Below the pieces are notes generated by a model, which was not told the origin of the DNA, did not search any database, and worked only from the letters and a program-made list of their open reading frames with translations. 64,000 nt of DNA, taken from Planctomycetota bacterium. Lineage in GTDB: Bacteria; Planctomycetota; UBA8742; UBA2392. Below are positions 58,992-64,000 of the stretch, in pieces (the first letter of the stretch is position 1; every line of letters begins with the position of its first letter). The stretch is from positions 1,812,657 through 1,876,656 of the forward strand of contig JAOSKM010000001.1 in the NCBI GenBank assembly GCA_027493625.1, read 5' to 3'. The position numbers and the translations under genes are program-made.

Positions 58992-59499
58992 GATTCGCCC
59001 CCTTCTCCCTGTGCGGTAAGGCGTAGCTGAAAATGCCCTGCTGGCCGGGAGCTTCTTCTACCCCAACCGTGATGACGTGCAAGTGCTGGTATTCACCCCG
59101 TGCCACGAGCTCATCATATAACCTTTTAGCAAGGTAGTTTGCGAGTAGTTCTGTAGAAGTATTGGGCAAATCGAGCAGCAGCGTGTCCTTGGCCGGCGAC
59201 ACGAACTCGCTGCCGTCGCGGTGTTTCACCCGCACCGAATCGCCTTCCTCGCGGATTTCCAGCACTTCGGCGCGCTTCGGGTAGATGGTCTTGTGGTCCA
59301 GACCGTCGCACAGGCGCCGGAACACCGGCTTGAAGGTGATGTAATCCAGCACGTAACCGGCCGGGCCCAGCTCGCCCTCTACCTCGACCCACGCCCAGTA
59401 GTTGTGGCCGTGCAAAGGCTCACGGCTGCCGTCATTGAACAGCAGGAAGTGGGCACAGGAGAAGTTGAAGTACTGCTTGTCGACCTTGATCCGGTACAT
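58981..59499 (-). CDS. 6-pyruvoyl-tetrahydropterin synthase/QueD family protein
   Basis: FSCAHF...LHGHNY motifs. The probable start is MYRIKV at 59499 (AAGGA RBS) inside ORF 58981-59511. Confidence 0.65.
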   Translation of the reverse strand: MYRIKVDKQYFNFSCAHFLLFNDGSREPLHGHNYWAWVEVEGELGPAGYVLDYITFKPVFRRLCDGLDHKTIYPKRAEVLEIREEGDSVRVKHRDGSEFVSPAKDTLLLDLPNTSTELLANYLAKRLYDELVARGEYQHLHVITVGVEEAPGQQGIFSYALPHREKGANRGI

Positions 59500-59507
59500 C
59501 GATTCCT

Positions 59508-59807
59508 TCACTGATCCATCCGCTTGCGGACTATTCGCGGGTGTCGGGCGCCGTGGAGCACGGCTACAACCCGGAGTTCGGTGTCTGTCATTGTGAAGAA
59601 CACCGAGTAGGGAAAGACTTTCATGTTGTGCCGGCGCACTCCGGGCAGAAACTCAGGGCAGAGCCCGACGTTCTCGTCGATCCACGTAAAAGCGTCATGC
59701 AGGTGGGATTCAAAGCGCGCGCCCAGCCCACGCTCTCGCCTCTCATACCAGTCGTGCGCCTCTATGAGGTCGGCCTTGGCCTCATCCTCAACTATCAGAG
59801 TTCGCAT
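59508..59807 (-). CDS. RelE/ParE family toxin
   Basis: 99 aa, MRTLIVEDEAKADLIEAHDWY...VFPYSVFFTMTDTELRVVAVLHGARHP. It overlaps the upstream antitoxin gene by 20 nt. Confidence 0.75.
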   Translation of the reverse strand: MRTLIVEDEAKADLIEAHDWYERRERGLGARFESHLHDAFTWIDENVGLCPEFLPGVRRHNMKVFPYSVFFTMTDTELRVVAVLHGARHPRIVRKRMDQ

Positions 59808-60030
59808 TGGCCTCTCGGCTTCGCCGCAACTCCTCCCGAACTTCCGACCACGGTGTACCCGGACGCGGATCGTCTTGCATCCGTTTGAGTCGCTGCTCAA
59901 TGACGTCCTGGTGCCAATCGGGAACCGGGAGATCATCAGGCGCAAAGCTGCTCCAGATCATTTCGATCAGGCGCATGCGCTCTTCAACCGATAGTTTTGC
60001 CACTTGTGATTCGGTAAGCGGCGCAGCCAT
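59788..60030 (-). CDS. addiction-module antitoxin component (TIGR02574-like)
   Basis: 80 aa, LSVEERMRLIEMIWSSF...PDWHQDVIEQRLKRM...PWSEVREELR. Confidence 0.7.
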   Translation of the reverse strand: MAAPLTESQVAKLSVEERMRLIEMIWSSFAPDDLPVPDWHQDVIEQRLKRMQDDPRPGTPWSEVREELRRSREANANSDS

Positions 60031-60079
60031 GCAAACCTCCTGGCGCCATCATAGCATGCACGCACTTCCGCTACAGCGC

Positions 60080-61108
60080 CTAGAACTGGCCCAGGAACCG
60101 CATGTCGTTGGTGGTGAAATGGCGGATGTCGCCGATGCGGTGCTTCAGCATCGCGATGCGCTCCACCCCCATGCCGAAGGCGAAGCCCGTGTACTTCTCC
60201 GGGTCATAGCCCACGGCCTGCAGCACGTTGGGGTCCACCATCCCGCAGCCCAGCACCTCCAGCCACGGCTTCTTCAGGTGCTTGAACATCTGGCAGTCGA
60301 TGTCCACCTCGGCGCTCGGCTCCGTGAACGGGAAGTAGTGCGGCCGGAAGCGCATGCGCGTCTCGGGCCCGAAGTACTCGCGCACGAACAGCTCGAGCAC
60401 GGCCTTGAGGTCGCCGAAATGCAGGTCTTCGGCGATCGCCAGGCCCTCGATCTGGTGGAACATGAAGTGGTGTGTGGCGTCCACGGTGTCGGGGCGGTAG
60501 ACGCGGCCGGGGGCGATCACGCGCACGGGCGGTTTGCGCGATTCCATGGTGCGGATCTGGATGGTGCTGGTCTGGCTGCGCAGCAGCATGGGCACGGGCT
60601 TGGCTTCCCAGTCGGGCGCGTTGAGCTGCAGGTAGAAGTTGTCGGCCTCTTCGCGCGCGGGGTGGCCGGCGGGGATGTTGAGGGCGTCGAAGTTGTGGAA
60701 CTCGTCCTCAACCTCCGGGCCTTCGACCTGGCTGAAGCCGATGCGCTGGAAGATCTCGACGATCTCTTCAATCGTCTGGGTGATGATGTGGGCGTGGCCG
60801 ATTTCGCGGCGCTTGCCGGGCTTGGTGAGATCGATGCCCGGCCTGGCTGCGGCCGTGCTGCCCACGCGCGCCTGCGCGGCCTGGAAGGCCTCGGTGATTC
60901 TGGCGTTCAGGACGTTGGCGGCCTTGCCGTATTCGCCGCGCTGTTCTTTGGGCACGTCCTTGATGCCGCCCAGGATGGCCTTCACGTGGCCCTTGCCGCC
61001 CAGGTACTCGCGGCGCAGCTCTTCCAGCGCGGTGGCATCGGCCACGGACTCAAAGGCCTTGAGGCCCTGGGTCAGCAGGTTGGAGATGGCGGCAAGGTCG
61101 TAGCCCAT
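60080..61108 (-). CDS. pheS: phenylalanine--tRNA ligase alpha subunit
   Basis: Class II motifs are present: FRPDxxDATHHxMFHQxEG and the C-terminal FGMGVERIAMLKHRIGDIR. The start is at 61108 inside ORF 60080-61135. Confidence 0.9.
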   Translation of the reverse strand: MGYDLAAISNLLTQGLKAFESVADATALEELRREYLGGKGHVKAILGGIKDVPKEQRGEYGKAANVLNARITEAFQAAQARVGSTAAARPGIDLTKPGKRREIGHAHIITQTIEEIVEIFQRIGFSQVEGPEVEDEFHNFDALNIPAGHPAREEADNFYLQLNAPDWEAKPVPMLLRSQTSTIQIRTMESRKPPVRVIAPGRVYRPDTVDATHHFMFHQIEGLAIAEDLHFGDLKAVLELFVREYFGPETRMRFRPHYFPFTEPSAEVDIDCQMFKHLKKPWLEVLGCGMVDPNVLQAVGYDPEKYTGFAFGMGVERIAMLKHRIGDIRHFTTNDMRFLGQF

Positions 61109-61160
61109 GGGCCGGGAATATAACGGCAGAGCCAATCAACGCCAGAGCAAGCAAAACAGA

Positions 61161-61184
61161 AGCCCGCCATGCCAATGGCGGGCT
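61161..61184 (-). terminator. intrinsic-terminator-like hairpin with T-tract about 50 nt upstream of pheS
   Basis: On the minus strand: agcccgccat-tggc-atggcgggct followed by TCTGTTTTGCTTG. Confidence 0.55.
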
Positions 61185-61264
61185 TTGGGTCAGCGGTGAG
61201 TTGACTTGCATGCGATCGGATCGTTCGGCTTCAGACAAGGCGCGGAGCGCCTTCACAGCGGAAG

Positions 61265-61494
61265 CCCCCACCGAACGCCTCTGGCGTTCGGTGGGGGTAC
61301 TCGGCGGAAGGAAGAACAAAGGCGCTGAGCGCCGACACACCATCCGTACCCGCCGCCAGAACCGTTCGGCCGCAAGCGGCCCTTGTGCCAGCGCTCCGCG
61401 CCTTGGGTAACTTGATTGCCGCAATCCCCCAGCGTCTCGGTCGCTGGAAGCGACCTCGAAGCTGGGGGCTTCCATTGTGTCGGCGCTCCGCGCC
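61265..61494. repeat. cluster of RAYT-IR-related REP sequences without a transposase gene
   Basis: 61321-61340 resembles the inner IR (16/20) and 61475-61494 also does (18/20). 61426-61468 is CCCCCAGCG..GCTGGGGG with an expanded loop. 61265-61297 is a perfect hairpin. The GGCGC(T/G)(C/G)(C/A)GCGCC motif occurs four times. Confidence 0.6.
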
Positions 61495-61560
61495 GCACTG
61501 CCAAACGGTGATCCACCGATCTCCGCTGCCTTGCGTTCGCGGCATGCTTGATTCTACGCA

Positions 61561-61586
61561 AAGCCCCGGCTTGGCAGCCGGGGCTT
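61561..61586. terminator. hairpin 3' of the kinase gene, T-rich on both sides
   Basis: aagccccggc-ttggca-gccggggctt, followed by gtgttttgtg on the plus strand and tgcgtag on the minus strand. Confidence 0.5.
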
Positions 61587-61613
61587 GTGTTTTGTGCGCT
61601 GTCATTCGCCCGC

Positions 61614-62687
61614 TTATCGGCCGCCGGGTCGGGGCGTGCCGGGCCTTGGGTTGCCTTGGGGCGGCCGTGCCTGCACGTCTGAGCCTAGCGGCTTGGTGAA
61701 GCTTTGCGGGTCGTTGCGCGGCGGCGGCACCGCCTGGCTGCGCGGCACACCTGTATCGCTGAGCGACTTGACCTGCGGCGAGCTCGCGCGCATCGGCGCG
61801 CCGCTCATGGGCGCGGTGCTGTCCATCCCCGCGGAACGCAGCGCATCGCGCGCTTTCTTGAGCACCGCCAGCACGGCCGGGATGTTCGGTAGGCGGCGGC
61901 GCGGGTCCTTGGCGGTCATGGCGACCACGGCCTCGCGCAGCTCCTTGGGCAGGGTGTCGAAGGTCTCGCGCGGCATCTGCAACTGCTCGCCCACCACGTT
62001 CAGCAGCACGGCCATGGGCGTGGCGCCCTCGAAGGGCAGCGCGCCGGTGAGGAACTGCCACAGCGTCACGCCCAGGGCGTAGATGTCCACCCGGGCGTCA
62101 ACGTCCATGCTCTTGATCTGCTCGGGCGCCATGTAGTTCGGCGTGCCCACCACCTGGTTGCTGAGTGTCAGGGCCGTCGCGGTGTTGGTGATGCTGCGCG
62201 CCAGGCCGAAGTCGGTAACCTTCACCTTGCCGTCGCGCGCGATCAGGATGTTGGCGGGCTTGATGTCGCGGTGGATCACGCCCTGGTCGTGCGCCTCGCC
62301 CAGGGCGCGGGCCACGAAGCCGGCGATGTTCACGGCGCGCATGGGGCTGAAGCGCCCTTCGCGGTCCAGCAGGCGCTGGGCGTCCACGCCTTCCACGTAC
62401 TCCATCACCAGGTAGTAGACGCCGTGGTCACGGCCGACATCCAGCGTGCGCACGATGTTGGGGTGCTGCAGGCGGCCGCTTACTCTGGCCTCGCGCAGGA
62501 AGCGCTCAACCATTTCGCGCTTGCCGACGAACAGGTCGGGCAGCAGCTTGATCGCAACCATCATGTCGAGGCCCGGGTGGTGCCCCAGGTACACCGCCCC
62601 CATGCCGCCGCGGCCAAGGATGCTCTTGGCTACGACGTTGCCAAATGTCTGGCCGATGATGGGGTCTGAATGTTGGAGATCCGACAT
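61614..62687 (-). CDS. Ser/Thr protein kinase with Pro-rich C-terminal tail
   Basis: GRGGMGAVY, VIHRDIKPANILI, DFGLAR and GTPNYMAPE motifs. The start is at 62687 inside ORF 61614-62732. Confidence 0.85.
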   Translation of the reverse strand: MSDLQHSDPIIGQTFGNVVAKSILGRGGMGAVYLGHHPGLDMMVAIKLLPDLFVGKREMVERFLREARVSGRLQHPNIVRTLDVGRDHGVYYLVMEYVEGVDAQRLLDREGRFSPMRAVNIAGFVARALGEAHDQGVIHRDIKPANILIARDGKVKVTDFGLARSITNTATALTLSNQVVGTPNYMAPEQIKSMDVDARVDIYALGVTLWQFLTGALPFEGATPMAVLLNVVGEQLQMPRETFDTLPKELREAVVAMTAKDPRRRLPNIPAVLAVLKKARDALRSAGMDSTAPMSGAPMRASSPQVKSLSDTGVPRSQAVPPPRNDPQSFTKPLGSDVQARPPQGNPRPGTPRPGGR

Positions 62688-62745
62688 GCTGTGTTCCAGG
62701 GCCCGCGATGCATTATGCCGCACAAGCAACAATCCGGCTACGGGC

Positions 62746-62843
62746 GTTCAGGGGCCAGGTTTCAGGTGTCAGGTTTCAGGGGAAAAGCGGAGCCCGCAGG
62801 GAATCTGCCCTGCAACCTGCAAGCTGACCCCTGAAACCTGAAC
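62746..62843. terminator. compound hairpin built from CAGGTTT-type heptamers, 3' of the acyl-CoA dehydrogenase gene
   Basis: gtcaggtttcagggg pairs with cccctgaaacctgaa. An inner gcaggg/ccctgc stem is present. Both arms are 7-nt periodic. Confidence 0.55.
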
Positions 62844-64000
62844 TAGTCTCCCAGCAGGCTGCGCGCGATCACGATGCGCTGGACCTGGCTGGTGCCCTCG
62901 TAGATCTCCGTGATCTTGGCGTCGCGGAAGTAGCGCTCGACGTCGTACTCCTTGCTGTAGCCGTTACCGCCGAAGATCTGCACCGCGTCCTTGGCGCACT
63001 TGTTCGCCGTCTCGCTGGCGAACAGTTTCGCCATGGCCGCCTCGCGCGCGCAGGGGCGCGCGTTGTCGCGCAGCCACGCCGCCCGCAGGATCAGCAGCCG
63101 CGCGGCATCCAGCTTCATGGCCATGTCCGCCAGCATCCACTGCACGCCCTGGAAGTTCGCGATCGCCTGGCCGAACTGCTCGCGCTTCTTGGCGTACTCG
63201 GTGGCGTCTTCCAGGCTGGCGCGCCCGATGCCCACGGCCTGGCTGGCGATGCCGATGCGCCCGCCGTCAAGGGTGTCCAGCGCGATGGTGAAGCCCTTGC
63301 CCTCTTCGCCGATCAGGCTGCTGGCCGGGATGCGGCAGTCCTCGAACAGCACCTCGCTGGTGGCGCTGCCGCGGATGCCCATCTTCTTTTCCTTCTTGCC
63401 GATCACCACACCCTTGCGGTCGGCCTCTACAATGAACGCTGAAATGCCGCGGGTTTTGTGCTCTTTGCTGGTGCGCGCCATCACGATGAACACATCGGCG
63501 TAGGGCGCGCTGGTGATCCACAGCTTGCTGCCGTTCAGCACGTACTCGTTGCCGTCTTTCACGGCCTCGCACACCAGGCTGCCGGCGTCCGTGCCGGCGC
63601 CGGCCTCGGACAGGCAGTAAGCGCCCAGCCACTCACCGCTGGCCATCTTCGGCAGCACGCGGGCCTTCTGCTCGTCGTTGCCCCACTTCGTCAGCAGGCT
63701 GCTGAACAGGCTCATGTGCACGCTGAGCGTCACGCCGGTGCTGGCGCACCAGCGGTTGATTTCCTCAAGCGTGATGCTGGCGGCCTGGTTGCCCAGCTTG
63801 TTTTCGTAGAAGCCGGCGCCGCCGTATGCCTCGGGGATGGTCAGCGCGGTCAGGCCCAGGTCGGCCATGGCCTTGAACACCGAGCGGTCGAACTGCTCAG
63901 CCTTGTCCATCTCGCGGGCCTTGGCCTTCAACTCGCCGGCCGCGAATTCGCGCGCGGTCTGCTGCAGCATCGACAGTTCTTCGTTCAGCTCGAAATTCAC
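62843..64000 (-). CDS. acyl-CoA dehydrogenase (short/branched-chain type); the GTG start coincides with the last 3 bases of the window
   Basis: 385 aa, with a typical N-terminus MNFELNEE and the C-terminal QIFGGNGYSKEYDVERYFRDAKITEIYEGTSQVQR. It could extend beyond the window. Confidence 0.85.
   Translation of the reverse strand: MNFELNEELSMLQQTAREFAAGELKAKAREMDKAEQFDRSVFKAMADLGLTALTIPEAYGGAGFYENKLGNQAASITLEEINRWCASTGVTLSVHMSLFSSLLTKWGNDEQKARVLPKMASGEWLGAYCLSEAGAGTDAGSLVCEAVKDGNEYVLNGSKLWITSAPYADVFIVMARTSKEHKTRGISAFIVEADRKGVVIGKKEKKMGIRGSATSEVLFEDCRIPASSLIGEEGKGFTIALDTLDGGRIGIASQAVGIGRASLEDATEYAKKREQFGQAIANFQGVQWMLADMAMKLDAARLLILRAAWLRDNARPCAREAAMAKLFASETANKCAKDAVQIFGGNGYSKEYDVERYFRDAKITEIYEGTSQVQRIVIARSLLGD

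Noticed and set aside
61296-61325. SRP RNA-like CGGAAGGAAGAACAAAGGC
   Set aside because: It resembles the GGAA tetraloop side of 4.5S RNA domain IV, but the conserved 5' strand (AGGUCAGG-type) and the helix 8 pairing are missing.
61185-61330. pheM-like Phe-rich leader peptide upstream of pheS
   Set aside because: The only ORF crossing the terminator (MQVNSPLTQSPPLAW...) has no Phe run, so a classical peptide-mediated attenuator is not supported.

Overview
This is a high-GC bacterial chromosomal segment. Hand counts give 47/60 G+C at 9301-9360. I see about 50 protein genes and no rRNA, tRNA or CRISPR array. Several protein architectures suggest a Planctomycetota-like (PVC) organism, which is inference only: a giant Ser/Thr kinase with WD40 and PDZ domains, a PDZ plus prenyltransferase-repeat protein, a CarboxypepD_reg-repeat giant, and a tandem retropepsin-PDZ protease. 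Recognisable genes are htpX, nrdR, ftsK, prfA, rpmE, pheS, cardiolipin synthase, an M1 aminopeptidase, an acyl-CoA dehydrogenase, an NhaP-type antiporter fused to a cNMP domain, a Na/Pi cotransporter and two Ser/Thr kinases. The window also holds two KamA-family radical-SAM paralogs, one radical SAM/SPASM enzyme, a ParE-type toxin-antitoxin pair, an orphan beta-class DNA methyltransferase and a REP-associated (RAYT-like) Y1 transposase. Four things stand out. (1) A low-GC, tightly packed three-gene operon at 20678-23914: a candidate HK97-fold/encapsulin-like shell protein, an acidic/Cys-rich protein and a transglutaminase-core lipoprotein, with no phage genes nearby. This is my best candidate for an undescribed system. 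(2) The intergenic DNA is crowded with several REP-like hairpin families. One is prefixed by GTAG, and its TAG serves as the stop codon of four genes. (3) At least eight intergenic sites carry tandem repeats with a strict 7-nt period, usually as inverted pairs forming long hairpins 3' of genes. (4) At least seven genes are split by single-base indels in homopolymer runs. This looks more like consensus error than decay, except for one multiply disrupted zinc-ribbon gene. All functional calls rest on motif recognition by eye. No searches were run.
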